A DNA stretch of 64,000 nt from Hyphomicrobiales bacterium (lineage in GTDB: Bacteria > Pseudomonadota > Alphaproteobacteria > JAPOUT01): assembly GCA_026708545.1 (NCBI GenBank), contig JAPOUT010000091.1:946-64945 (forward strand), in the 5' to 3' direction. Shown one piece after another: positions 17,301-26,553 of this stretch (its first letter is position 1; each line of letters starts with the position of its first letter). The position numbers were made by a program, and so were the translations under genes. The notes beneath the pieces are model-generated. The model was not told the DNA's origin. It made no database searches and was given only the letters and a program-made list of their open reading frames with translations.

Positions 17301-17839
17301 CCGGCGCGACTTGGTCGCACAACGATTACTATATTGGCGGACAGGTCAAGTTTTCCCGCTTCGAAACCGAAATTGAGAACGCCGCAACAACCCTCGCATC
17401 CCCGGACGCTACCGCCTTGGGTGTCGGCGTGGAAGTGGGCCATGTTTTTGATCTCGGCGACACCCGCTTGATCCTTTCGGAGGGATTGTCGTGGAGCCGT
17501 GTTGACTTCGATGACTACACCTCCACCGACGACACTGCCGTCTCCCTGGACGACGGGGACGTGTTGTTCGGGCGGGTTGGCGCGGTTGCCGAGGCTGAAT
17601 GGGACGGCGTGGACATGCACGGGCGCTTGGATGTCCTTGTGCCTCTGGACGGCAAAGTGGTCACGAAAGTTGCGGGTGCGGAGATGGTATCGGAAATGGA
17701 GGACCCTGTCCTTGACGTCGGATTCGGGGGTTCTTATTCTTGGAACGATAACTTCACCGTTTCCGCCGACATCTCCACGCAACAAGGCTCCGAAGTCAAA
17801 GGCTACACGGCAAACATCGGAATCAGATACGCGTTCTAG
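14396..17839 (+). CDS. Classical autotransporter (type Va) with a ~800-aa beta-helix-like repeat passenger, a Gly/Asp-rich linker and a C-terminal beta-barrel
   Basis: A strong Shine-Dalgarno (AGGGAGGA) precedes ATG 14396. The extended signal peptide is MNVPTQKSPFTPFLTRGGRLRKTSKGLISFAPFLAGTSVLALSALLATSSPVEA. The mature N-terminus GTCREAGRTGVWTCSS is paralogous to the 12225..13655 product. The passenger has many G-T-G-N-V/I-T-(V/I)-T repeats. The C-terminus ...KGYTANIGIRYAF matches the autotransporter beta-domain terminal motif. Confidence 0.85.
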   Translation: MNVPTQKSPFTPFLTRGGRLRKTSKGLISFAPFLAGTSVLALSALLATSSPVEAGTCREAGRTGVWTCSSAANSSNDNTQSITGRENQDIDVTGNATFGLNSSGNTGFGIMVTSVATTGTIDVNLSNNNDITSYYDAINIDQDGTGAVTVTTDGALESTDYSGIEINQSGNGNVTVTADGTVTGGAHAGIDIVTAAGTTGEVNVTTNAAVSSGAEGIKLDIDGNNAVTIMATGTVTSSASEEAIEIEHSGTGNVDITTSDTVTATNNDKDAILVNLSGTGNITLTANGNVVGRSTEKAVNLSTASGTATIISETDASFTGGITLSSSTDAITIDLDGNVTAKGKAVEARKNGAEGETSIILDGRITSENEEAIFVYMLGGTNAEVSSTGDIIAGKDGIYMFQGGSGTTEVTTGEIDAGGRGVYIVASHLRAGAIEVTTGDIDSVRTCIFVDQNGAGDVTVTANANIDSDMNDGIVVTTVQQTGNITVIAKGNIDVEDNGIAVGQQGTGSIDITAEGNITSDIDESIRVGTHARTTGDVTITTNGDVTGMGGIVIGHQGSGKVLLTVGGEVTSTRGAGISLAGSSTADAKIVMRDGARLNSSIYAKSFAGTVTLEFAGEFSDFDFGDQNEDDENNILGVDNITISESGALEFETSSPASSVPITLSGRLALAGTSSIAAFGAITASGDTGSIEIDVDFSGGSVTLSTARLTATSVTGTIPVNIRAVGGVAPTQQVTITNLIDVADNDAFTAGNALNGGFTFNLQYDAPNTRWNLIAAPAATDGGDDGNGGDDNGDGNGNGGGNGGDGDNGDGDNNGGGGNDDGGDNGNGGGGDNGDGNGNGGGNDNDDGNGDGGSGGLPVTPAGPATAFDTLPSVLSHLALTESMHERQQGRNFKDSTKAFAKITAATSEIEPSAASFKTKEAGVEFGVSTPFTPTIILDASVGFATAGTEASVADGPADINSEAISATTGATWSHNDYYIGGQVKFSRFETEIENAATTLASPDATALGVGVEVGHVFDLGDTRLILSEGLSWSRVDFDDYTSTDDTAVSLDDGDVLFGRVGAVAEAEWDGVDMHGRLDVLVPLDGKVVTKVAGAEMVSEMEDPVLDVGFGGSYSWNDNFTVSADISTQQGSEVKGYTANIGIRYAF
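16735..16970 (+). repeat. Low-complexity GGN/GAY repeat encoding a Gly/Asp/Asn-rich linker (GGDDGNGGDDNGDGNGNGGGNGG...) inside the autotransporter passenger
   Basis: Direct reading of the sequence shows degenerate tandem ggcgac/ggcaat/ggtgga units. Confidence 0.6.
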
Positions 17840-18348
17840 GATGCAAATTCTCGGGGGTTATGGTCCTGCGAATTTACAGACAGAGGGTGCAAATCCATCA
17901 TAATCGATTTCAGGCGGGTTTACGAAGGGTGGCCGGAAACTCGTTATACTCCGCGGAGTTCGTAAGACAAGAACCGGGATTCCGAGACATTTTGAGAAAA
18001 GGATTGAGGAAGACGTCAATGAATCTAAAAACCCGCAAAGTGTTTGACATGAAGGGAATATGTCTGGAAAATATCCCCGAATTTTAAAACCGGACGAATT
18101 GTGATAGGATGTTTTTGGCGGCAAGGTACGGAACGTTCTGCCCTATCTACCCCCTTTTGGGCGACTCGTATCTTGCCGCTCCTTCCTTCGTTTGGTTCAT
18201 TGTACCCGTCCCGTCGGTTTTCCTTAAATATCGGTACGCGGGCAATCACGGCAATAGTCACTGACTTAAGACCGTAAATTGGGTGTTGACCGTTTGCCTG
18301 AATTGCCTCACGGTCATGTTGGTTCACGGACCAACCTAGACTGTAGCG

Positions 18349-18882
18349 GTGGCGAAGGAGTTATTGGCTGTTATGAGCAAACCTGTTTTTGAAGGATGGC
18401 TTACACCTTCCGGCAGACGCAATCGCAGGAGTTATATTTTTGCCTCATTGGTGTTTTGGTTGGCATCTGATCCGATTGTTATATTCTTTCCAATTGTTTG
18501 GCTGGTCTTTGCGAGCCTCATTGAAGATTTTTTAATTCCGGATTTTGTGGTTTTTATCGAGGTTTTTTTGGCTCCGGATACCGGCTGGAGAGGCATCGCA
18601 TTTTTGGTTCCGGATATTGGCTGGAAAGGTCTTGCAAATGTGACTGCGAGCGTAAGCCTTTTGTATTTTGCACTATGGGGAGCATTCATATTGTTTCTCC
18701 TGATTTGCAATGTATTGGTAATTGCGCAAAGACTTCGTGACATAGAATGGTCAGGCTGGTGGGCCCTGCCTGCCATAATCTTGCCGATAATTCCTTTTGT
18801 GCTCTGGTTCATTCCGGGCACACAAGGAGAAAACAAATATGGTCCTGATCCTTTGTCTGTTGCGGACGAAAAGAAACAATGA
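18349..18882 (+). CDS. DUF805-family inner-membrane protein
   Basis: SGRRNRRSYIF near the N-terminus and AQRLRDIEWSGWWALP match the DUF805 signature (RLHDxGxSGWW). It has multiple TM segments. It contains an internal 36-nt imperfect tandem duplication (FLAPDTGWRGIA/FLVPDIGWKGLA). Confidence 0.6.
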   Translation: MAKELLAVMSKPVFEGWLTPSGRRNRRSYIFASLVFWLASDPIVIFFPIVWLVFASLIEDFLIPDFVVFIEVFLAPDTGWRGIAFLVPDIGWKGLANVTASVSLLYFALWGAFILFLLICNVLVIAQRLRDIEWSGWWALPAIILPIIPFVLWFIPGTQGENKYGPDPLSVADEKKQ

Positions 18883-19658
18883 GTGAATGCGTCTATGATG
18901 CAACGGATGAGAAAATATTAAAAAGCATTTTCAGCCGTTTCTATGACCGTCTCCGAACCGGCTTCTCGAAGGTTTAATGTGTGGTCTCCAGTCAGTGAAA
19001 ATTGAAGGTGGGAATTTGTAGTCGCAATTGCTGATGAACCAGGCAGAATCATGGCCAAACCATACGGATACTGATTGCCATAACCCGCATGTCCAAAATC
19101 AGGCATGATCCGATGGAGAATCGTCAGCCCCTGCATCAGGCCGGGAAACGCTCGCTGAAACCGATACGGCGTGAACCCCTTGAAATTGAAGCGGAGTGCT
19201 TGGAAAAAAGACGGGAGAGCCAAAAGGAGGAGCACTACAATGGACCTGCCCTCGCCGTCCAACCCGTGCCATATCGGGAATCTTCGAATTCAGGAAAATC
19301 CCTTGACCGCGGGTGCTGATAGCCTTTGCCAATTCCCGTGAATCTTGCTTTTCACGCGTGCCTCCGGCAACAGGTCATTGCCAAGGAAAAGGGAATTTTG
19401 AAGATCTCCCAACCCGGCAAACAGAACTGCCTCTTGCCGCATTTTCCCCTTCCCTCCCTCCGATAATTCTGCCATAACCGCCCGCGCTGACGGCAGACGA
19501 AACTTCCGGAAAGAAGCAGGACGTGATACAATGGGCGAACAGCAGGGTGCATGCCTCCCGCACCAGGACCAAGCACCACCTTCATCGCCGCCCTTGACTC
19601 CGGCGAAATAAACGCCCTATAACATACGGACTATCTAATAACGAGAGAGTACCAAACT

Positions 19659-19973
19659 ATGTCTGCACGCTGTGAACTTACAGGAAAAATGGCGCAAAGT
19701 GGTAATCGTGTCAGCCACGCGAACAACAAAACGCGGAGGCGGTTTCTTCCCAATCTTGCGAGCGTAAGCCTGATGAGCGACTCGCTTGGAAGGTCCGTGC
19801 GCATGCGTATTTCCATCCACGCATTGCGTTCGGTTGAGCATGCCGGCGGGCTGGACGCCTTCTTGCTAAAGTCGAAGCGGGCGGCTCTCTCTCCGAAAGC
19901 GCAACGCTTACAGACCCAGGTTGCCAAACACACCCAAGCCGCTTCTGCCACCCCTGCCGCTCAAACGGAATAA
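19659..19973 (+). CDS. rpmB: 50S ribosomal protein L28
   Basis: [33 protein letters not shown] aligns with E. coli L28 [33 protein letters not shown]. It carries an alphaproteobacterial-type C-terminal extension. Confidence 0.85.
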   Translation: MSARCELTGKMAQSGNRVSHANNKTRRRFLPNLASVSLMSDSLGRSVRMRISIHALRSVEHAGGLDAFLLKSKRAALSPKAQRLQTQVAKHTQAASATPAAQTE

Positions 19974-21370
19974 TACATATCAAACTCGACGGGATGTGGA
20001 GTCTGCTCGCAACGGTGGACTTCTTCCCACTTGAGTTCGAGGTATCCGTCGATTTGATCATCGGAGAAAACCTCGCCTTTCTTCAAAAACTCTCTGTCGG
20101 CGTCAAGTGATTCGCACGCCTCTCTCAACGACAGGCACACGGTTGGAATGCCCTGGAGTTCCTCGGGCGGCAACTCATACAAGTCCTTATCCATGGGTTC
20201 GCCGGGATGGAGTTTTTTCTCGATTCCGTCGATACCCGCCATGAGCATTGCGGCAAAGGCAAGATAGGGATTCGCGGCAGGGTCCGGAAAGCGGATTTCA
20301 ACGCGTTTGGCGTTCGGGGTTGCGCCATGCGGAATTCGACAAGACGCGGAGCGGTTCTTTGCGGAATACGCTAGCAACACCGGCGCCTCAAAACCCGGCA
20401 CGAGCCGTTTGTAGCTGTTTGTTGACGGATTGGTGAACGCGTTGATGGCTTTGGCGTGTTTGATGATTCCGCCGATGTAGTGAAGGCACGTCTCCGACAA
20501 GTCAGCATATTGGTTGCCGGCAAAAAGCGGCTTGCCGGATTTCCAGATGGATTGGTGGCAATGCATGCCTGTTCCGTTGTCGCCATAGACGGGCTTAGGC
20601 ATGAAGGTGGCGGTTTTGCCAAAGGAGTGCGCGACATTGTGCACGACATACTTGTAAATCTGCATCTTGTCGGCGCAACGGGTGAGAGTATCGAATTTCA
20701 TGCCAAGTTCGTGTTGAGCGGCGGCAACTTCGTGGTGATGTTTTTCGATATCAATGCCCATCGCTTGCATGGTGGTAAGCATTTCGGAGCGGATATCTTG
20801 ACCGGAGTCGATCGGCGGAACGGGAAAGTATCCGCCCTTGGTCCGCGGGCGATGTCCGAGATTCCCTGCTTCATAGAAGGTATCGGAGTTATCCGGAAAT
20901 TCCCCGGAATCGAGTTGAAATCCGGTGTTATAGGGTGTTGCAGCGAAGCGAACGTCGTCGAAGACAAAAAACTCGGCCTCGGGACCGAAGAACACCTGGT
21001 CCCCGATGCCCGTCTGCTGAAGAAAAGTCTCGGCTCGTTTGGCGGTGAGACGGGGATCCCGGCGATAAGATTCCCGAGTTGCAGGCTCAAGGATGTCGCA
21101 GATGAAAACGAGGGTCGGCTGCGCGGCGAAAGGGTCAAGGACGGCGGTATCGGGATCGGGCACGAGCACCATGTCGGATTCGTTGATGGCTTTCCACCCG
21201 GCGATGGAAGAACCGTCAAACATTTCGCCTTCGCTGAAGGTGTCTTCGGAAATCATGTTTGCCCCGAAGGTTACGTGCTGCCACTTTCCTCGAGGGTCCG
21301 TGAATCGCAAATCGACGAATTGCACGTCTTTGCTTTTCATTAGGTCTTTGATTTTCTGGATGTCCATCAT
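19961..21370 (-). CDS. glnA: Glutamine synthetase type I
   Basis: 469 aa ending ...[11 protein letters not shown], the canonical GSI C-terminus. The start is probably the second ATG (21367) given the AGGAGA spacing. It lies downstream of glnB. Confidence 0.95.
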   Translation of the reverse strand: MMDIQKIKDLMKSKDVQFVDLRFTDPRGKWQHVTFGANMISEDTFSEGEMFDGSSIAGWKAINESDMVLVPDPDTAVLDPFAAQPTLVFICDILEPATRESYRRDPRLTAKRAETFLQQTGIGDQVFFGPEAEFFVFDDVRFAATPYNTGFQLDSGEFPDNSDTFYEAGNLGHRPRTKGGYFPVPPIDSGQDIRSEMLTTMQAMGIDIEKHHHEVAAAQHELGMKFDTLTRCADKMQIYKYVVHNVAHSFGKTATFMPKPVYGDNGTGMHCHQSIWKSGKPLFAGNQYADLSETCLHYIGGIIKHAKAINAFTNPSTNSYKRLVPGFEAPVLLAYSAKNRSASCRIPHGATPNAKRVEIRFPDPAANPYLAFAAMLMAGIDGIEKKLHPGEPMDKDLYELPPEELQGIPTVCLSLREACESLDADREFLKKGEVFSDDQIDGYLELKWEEVHRCEQTPHPVEFDMYYSV

Positions 21371-21432
21371 GGGTCTCCTGTCGAACTTTATGGGTTGCTT
21401 GCTGGGTTGCTGGGTTGGTTTACAGATGGGGT

Positions 21433-21912
<480 letters not shown>

Positions 21913-22262
21913 CTACCCAATCTCCCGGGACGGTTTGAGCACCCGGCGGCTGGATGGGACTCTCAGAGGTCATTGCGCCTCTACCGGTGATTCCCATTGC
22001 GAGTCATACCACACCGACTCGCTTCGAGGCAAGAGATTTTATGGTTGAAATCTTCAGATGAACGCAAAGCCGCCAAGAGAGCGCTCCTCCGGCAGTGAAA
22101 CTATGGGCATCGGGAGGCCATGGAAGAATATCGGGCGCTTATTCACCGCCCGGGCGCAAGCGCGTCAGCACCACAGGTCCGGCCGCAAACGAAGATAATC
22201 GCTGTGCCCCCTCCCGCGCCGTTCGCGCTTGATTTTTCTGCCAGTTGCTGTGACACTGCCTT

Positions 22263-23336
22263 ATGGAAAAGGAGCGCATAGTCGTAGCAATGTCGGGAGG
22301 CGTGGATTCCTCGCTCGCGGCGGCAATGTTGTCACACGAGGGTTATGAGACCATCGGCATTACGCTCCAACTCTACAACCACGGTGAGCGAACGGCGCGC
22401 AAGGGAGCCTGTTGCGCGGGTCGAGACGTCCATGACGCCCGGAGGGTCGCCGCTTCGCTCGGCATCCCCCATTATGTCCTCGACTTCGAGGAACGTTTTC
22501 GCGCCGAGGTAATTGACGAGTTTGCAGATTCCTATCGCCGAGGTGAAACTCCGATTCCGTGTGTTCGCTGTAACGAGCGGATTAAATTTACGCACCTGCT
22601 TTCGATTGCCGAAGAACTCGGTGCATCTCATCTGGCAACGGGTCATTATGTTCGGCGCATTGGCAACGAACTCCATCGCGCGAAGGATTTGGAGCGTGAC
22701 CAGAGCTATTTCTTGTTCTCAACCCGTCCCAATCAACTCGTCCGCTTGCGTTTTCCACTTGGCTCGTTGACGAAGATGCAAACGCGCCAACGTGCAAAGG
22801 AACTGCGCCTTCCCGTTGCCGACAAGCCTGACAGCCAGGATATCTGCTTTGTTCCCCAAGGAAATTACGCCGATGTGATTGAGTCGTTGCATCCGGGTGC
22901 CGGGGAACCGGGCGAGATCATCCACACCGACGGACGCATTCTCGGACGTCATCGCGGTGTGATGCACTACACGATAGGCCAGCGCCGGGGACTTGGCATC
23001 GCAACCGGCGAGCCCTTGTTCGTGGTGGATTTGGACGCGCGCACCCGCCGCGTCACCGTCGGCTCTCGCGACGCCCTTGAAACCCGCGAGATCCGCTTGC
23101 ACAACATTAACTGGCTTGGGCGCGATACCTTCGCGAGACAAAACGGCATGGCCATACGGGTGAAATTGCGGTCAAATCAAGAGCCGACAGAGGCGCGCCT
23201 GACCGCCGACGGAGATGACGGCGCGATGGTGCGCTTTGCCGACGGCATTGAGACGACCGCGCCCGGACAGGCTTGCGTGTTCTACGCTCTTGGCAGCGAG
23301 CAGGTTCTCGGCGGCGGATGGATTTGCCAAACCTAG
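22263..23336 (+). CDS. mnmA: tRNA-specific 2-thiouridylase MnmA
   Basis: N-terminal PP-loop VAMSGGVDSS and a C-terminus conserved with MnmA/TrmU. Confidence 0.9.
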   Translation: MEKERIVVAMSGGVDSSLAAAMLSHEGYETIGITLQLYNHGERTARKGACCAGRDVHDARRVAASLGIPHYVLDFEERFRAEVIDEFADSYRRGETPIPCVRCNERIKFTHLLSIAEELGASHLATGHYVRRIGNELHRAKDLERDQSYFLFSTRPNQLVRLRFPLGSLTKMQTRQRAKELRLPVADKPDSQDICFVPQGNYADVIESLHPGAGEPGEIIHTDGRILGRHRGVMHYTIGQRRGLGIATGEPLFVVDLDARTRRVTVGSRDALETREIRLHNINWLGRDTFARQNGMAIRVKLRSNQEPTEARLTADGDDGAMVRFADGIETTAPGQACVFYALGSEQVLGGGWICQT

Positions 23337-23382
23337 CGTTTTGGTTTAGACTGTCCGCAACCGAAACTTTAAAGGAGTGCCC

Positions 23383-23970
23383 ATGTCTCCCCTCTTTACA
23401 CGATTAGTGATGTACGCGCTGGTGTTGGCGCTTTCATTTGCATCTCTTTCGATTGCGAGCAGGGCGCATGCCGACGAACATACGAACCCGACCTACTCAC
23501 GCGGCGAGGTGGACGACGAGGTTGAGGATTTGTTTGGAGGATTGTCGGAAAGCATGGCATTGGCTCTGAACCGCGTGTTTGAAGACTACGGCTCGCCGAA
23601 CGCATTTATCAAGGGGGAGGAGAACTCGGGCGCCTTGCTGTTCGGACTGACCTATGGAGAAGGCGAACTGCATATGAAGTCGGGGGAGCACGAAAAGATT
23701 TTCTGGCAAGGCCCGTCGTTCGGATTCGATGTTGGGGCCGAGAATTCGCAGGCGTTTGTGCTGGTCTACAATCTTGCCAATATTAATGATTTATTCCAGC
23801 GCTTTCCGGGTTTGGCGGGAAAAGCGTTTTTCATCGGGGGAATTGGAGTGACGTATTTACAAAGCGAAAACACGGTTGTAGCGGTGATGCGTTCCGGCGT
23901 CGGGATTCGCGGCGGGGTGAATGCGGGTTACTTGAAGTTCCGGCGAGAGGCGACCCTTTTGCCTTTTTGA
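23383..23970 (+). CDS. Conserved secreted hypothetical protein (possibly DUF1134/EipA-like)
   Basis: AAAGGAG sits 5 nt before ATG 23383. It has a signal peptide (LVMYALVLALSFASLSIASRAHA). The family assignment is from memory only. Confidence 0.5.
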   Translation: MSPLFTRLVMYALVLALSFASLSIASRAHADEHTNPTYSRGEVDDEVEDLFGGLSESMALALNRVFEDYGSPNAFIKGEENSGALLFGLTYGEGELHMKSGEHEKIFWQGPSFGFDVGAENSQAFVLVYNLANINDLFQRFPGLAGKAFFIGGIGVTYLQSENTVVAVMRSGVGIRGGVNAGYLKFRREATLLPF

Positions 23971-23998
23971 CGGGGAGAATTCCCGGTCTTGATCCGAC

Positions 23999-24937
23999 TT
24001 ATCTAAGAAAACGACTGTCCAATTCGTGTTCCCAAGGAGGGTTCGCCCCCTTCTTCCCGACTACGCATGATGAGATATAAACTCCCAGATTCAATGCATT
24101 TTGCAGTTCTTCTTCGGAAAAAACCTTCAGCCTTTCTTTTTTAAGGCCGTTGTTCCGCGAAAGCCAGAACAGGAAACCGGCATTAAACGTGTCGCCGGCT
24201 CCAACGGTATCGACCACGGACGTTTTCGGCGGTGTTGCGCCAATCTTGATGTTTCCCGTATAGAGCGAAGCGCCTTTCTCCCCCTTGGTCACAATGACAA
24301 TCGCGACCCCTTTGGCAATTAAATCGGCAACCGCATCCTCTTCGGGTTTCTGCCCTGAAATCCAGTCCAAATCCTCGTCCGAAACTTTTGCAATATCCGT
24401 ATAGCCGAGCATACGGTTCAACCGTTCGCGATATTTTTGCTCGTCGCTTACGAAGGCAGGGCGAATATTGGGGTCCAACATGATGACATTGTCGGCATGC
24501 TCACGCGCCATCAATGCCTCGTAGGTTGTAGCGCAAGGCTCGGAAATCAAACTAATCCCCCCGAAAAAATAGGCATCCGCCACTTCCGATGCTTTCGGCA
24601 AATGCTCGCGGGTGAGCGATATGCTTGCCGTATTCTCATCATGGAAAACATAACTTGCCTGGCCATTGGTCAATTTAACGAAAGCCAGCATGGTCGGGCG
24701 GTCGGAGACAATCACGCGCGACATGTCCACCCGGCTGTTGCGCAACTCTTCGCTGAGTTGCTCGCCGTATTTGTCTGTTGAAATGCCGGTGAAAAAACCG
24801 ACCGGCACGTTCAAACGCCCCAGCGCAATCGCGGTATTGAACACCGCGCCGCCGGCAATCGGATGAAACTCCCCGCTTTCGTCCGAAGGGGAAACGGGAA
24901 TCATGTCTATTAGAGCTTCACCGCAACATACAATCAT
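23999..24937 (-). CDS. PfkB-family carbohydrate kinase (fructokinase-like)
   Basis: MIVCCGEALIDMIP... with an N-terminal GG-like motif and the C-terminal DTVGAGDTFNAGFL PfkB signature. Confidence 0.85.
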   Translation of the reverse strand: MIVCCGEALIDMIPVSPSDESGEFHPIAGGAVFNTAIALGRLNVPVGFFTGISTDKYGEQLSEELRNSRVDMSRVIVSDRPTMLAFVKLTNGQASYVFHDENTASISLTREHLPKASEVADAYFFGGISLISEPCATTYEALMAREHADNVIMLDPNIRPAFVSDEQKYRERLNRMLGYTDIAKVSDEDLDWISGQKPEEDAVADLIAKGVAIVIVTKGEKGASLYTGNIKIGATPPKTSVVDTVGAGDTFNAGFLFWLSRNNGLKKERLKVFSEEELQNALNLGVYISSCVVGKKGANPPWEHELDSRFLR

Positions 24938-25081
24938 TTAAATCTTCTTTTGCAAACGACAGTGAAAGCGATGTTAATCAGACAAAGTCCATTCTGTCAA
25001 TAAATCGCCCTTACCCGGCAATTGATTTTTATTAACTTTCCGTCTATTATACGCGGCAGGCTGAAAGGCGGATGCATTTTG

Positions 25082-26551
25082 ATGAAAACCATTCCGGTTC
25101 CAGATTTTGATCTTGTTGTTTTCGGGGCAACGGGCGACCTTTCGAAGAGAAAGTTGATTCCTGCGTTGTATTACCGAATGATTGCGGGACAGATCCCGCC
25201 GGGTTCACGCATCATCGGGTCATCCCGCAGGGAAATGGACAAGAACAGCTTCCGTCTTTTTGCGAAACAGGCCCTCGAAGAGTTTGTAAAGCCCGACAAG
25301 CTGAACTCGAAGCATTTGCAATCTTTTCTGGAAATTCTTGACTTTGTAAGAATGGATGCGAGCGGCGATGTGGGTTGGAAGCAATTGGCGGAAACGCTGG
25401 AAGGAAGCCGAGACCGCGTTCGGGCCTTTTATTTGTCCATCTCTCCAGGTTTGTTCGGACCGGTTTTGGAGAGGCTTGTAAAATACGGGTTTGCAATCGA
25501 GCCGACGCGCGTTGTTGTCGAAAAACCTTTCGGCCGGGATTTCGCCTCGGCACAGGCGCTAAACCGGCAATTGTCAAACGGTTTTAGGGAATCGCAAATT
25601 TATCGCATTGATCATTACCTGGGAAAGGAAACGGTGCAAAATCTCATGGCTTTGCGCTTTGCCAACTCGCTTTTTGAGCCTTTGTGGAATTCCAGGCACG
25701 TTGACCACGTCCAGATCACCGTTGCCGAAGATATCGGCGTCGAGGGACGCGGCGAATATTACGACCAATCGGGCGCTATGCGTGACATGGTTCAAAATCA
25801 CCTGATGCAACTATTGTGCCTGACCGCGATGGAGCCGCCCAATATGTTCGAGGCCGATGCGGTTCGAGATGAAAAACTCAAAGTCATCAAGGCGCTTGAG
25901 CCCATAACACCGGAGGACATTGCCGCCCATACGGTTCGCGGACAATATCGTGCAAACGGCGAGGCGCAAAGCTATTTTGACGATGTCGGCAATAGTGACA
26001 GCCGCACCGAATGCTACCTTGCCCTAAAAGCCGAGATTGCCAACTGGCGCTGGTCAGGGACGCCGTTCTACCTGCGCACAGGAAAGCGGCTGCGCTCGAG
26101 GTTGACGGAGATTGTCGTTATTTTCAAGGATACGCCCCATTCCATTTTTGGCGAGAAGGGCAGCAATCTCCACGGCAATGCCCTGGTAATGCGATTACAG
26201 CCGGATGAAGCAATTACGCTGCAAATGAACATCAAAGACCCGGGACCGGGCGGCATGCGTTTGCGCGAAGTTTCCCTTGATATGTCATTCAAAGACCAAC
26301 TCAATCTGGACGGCGCCGAAATGCCGGATGCATATGAGCGCCTGCTTATGGATGTCATTCGCGGCGACCAGACCCTCTTTATGCGCGGTGATGAAGTCGA
26401 AGCGGCATGGAAGTGGGCGGATTCCATTCTCCAGGCGTGGTCCAAGTCCGGCCATCCGCCCCGGCAATATGATGCCGGAAGTTCCGGTCCCGAAGATGCG
26501 ATGATGTTAATTCACCGGGACGGCCGTCGTTGGCGGGATATTCAACTATAA
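25082..26551 (+). CDS. zwf: Glucose-6-phosphate 1-dehydrogenase
   Basis: VVFGATGDLSKRKL dinucleotide motif and the RIDHYLGKE active-site motif. 489 aa from ATG 25082. Confidence 0.95.
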   Translation: MKTIPVPDFDLVVFGATGDLSKRKLIPALYYRMIAGQIPPGSRIIGSSRREMDKNSFRLFAKQALEEFVKPDKLNSKHLQSFLEILDFVRMDASGDVGWKQLAETLEGSRDRVRAFYLSISPGLFGPVLERLVKYGFAIEPTRVVVEKPFGRDFASAQALNRQLSNGFRESQIYRIDHYLGKETVQNLMALRFANSLFEPLWNSRHVDHVQITVAEDIGVEGRGEYYDQSGAMRDMVQNHLMQLLCLTAMEPPNMFEADAVRDEKLKVIKALEPITPEDIAAHTVRGQYRANGEAQSYFDDVGNSDSRTECYLALKAEIANWRWSGTPFYLRTGKRLRSRLTEIVVIFKDTPHSIFGEKGSNLHGNALVMRLQPDEAITLQMNIKDPGPGGMRLREVSLDMSFKDQLNLDGAEMPDAYERLLMDVIRGDQTLFMRGDEVEAAWKWADSILQAWSKSGHPPRQYDAGSSGPEDAMMLIHRDGRRWRDIQL

Positions 26552-26553
26552 GA

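Noticed and set aside
16505-17785. 426-aa and 349-aa minus-strand ORFs inside the large autotransporter gene
   Set aside because: They are antisense to a well-supported autotransporter CDS. Their P/S/L poly-runs mirror the Gly/Asp repeat.
17858-18327. ORFs 17858..18124 (-), 17860..18087 (+) and 18025..18327 (-) between the autotransporter and the DUF805 gene
   Set aside because: They overlap mutually with no Shine-Dalgarno and no homology recognised. The region is probably non-coding 3'/5' UTR space. A small hairpin (GTTGGT-N6-ACCAAC, ~18322) is not followed by a T-run.
22190-22215. Possible sigma54 (-24/-12) promoter upstream of glnB
   Set aside because: The only GTGCC-containing site has GATAA instead of WGCAA at the -12 position. 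No TGGCAC-N5-TTGCW match was found by eye.
24938-25081. HexR-type operator (TTGT-N7/8-ACAA) in the pfkB/zwf divergent region
   Set aside because: No matching inverted repeat was found by inspection.
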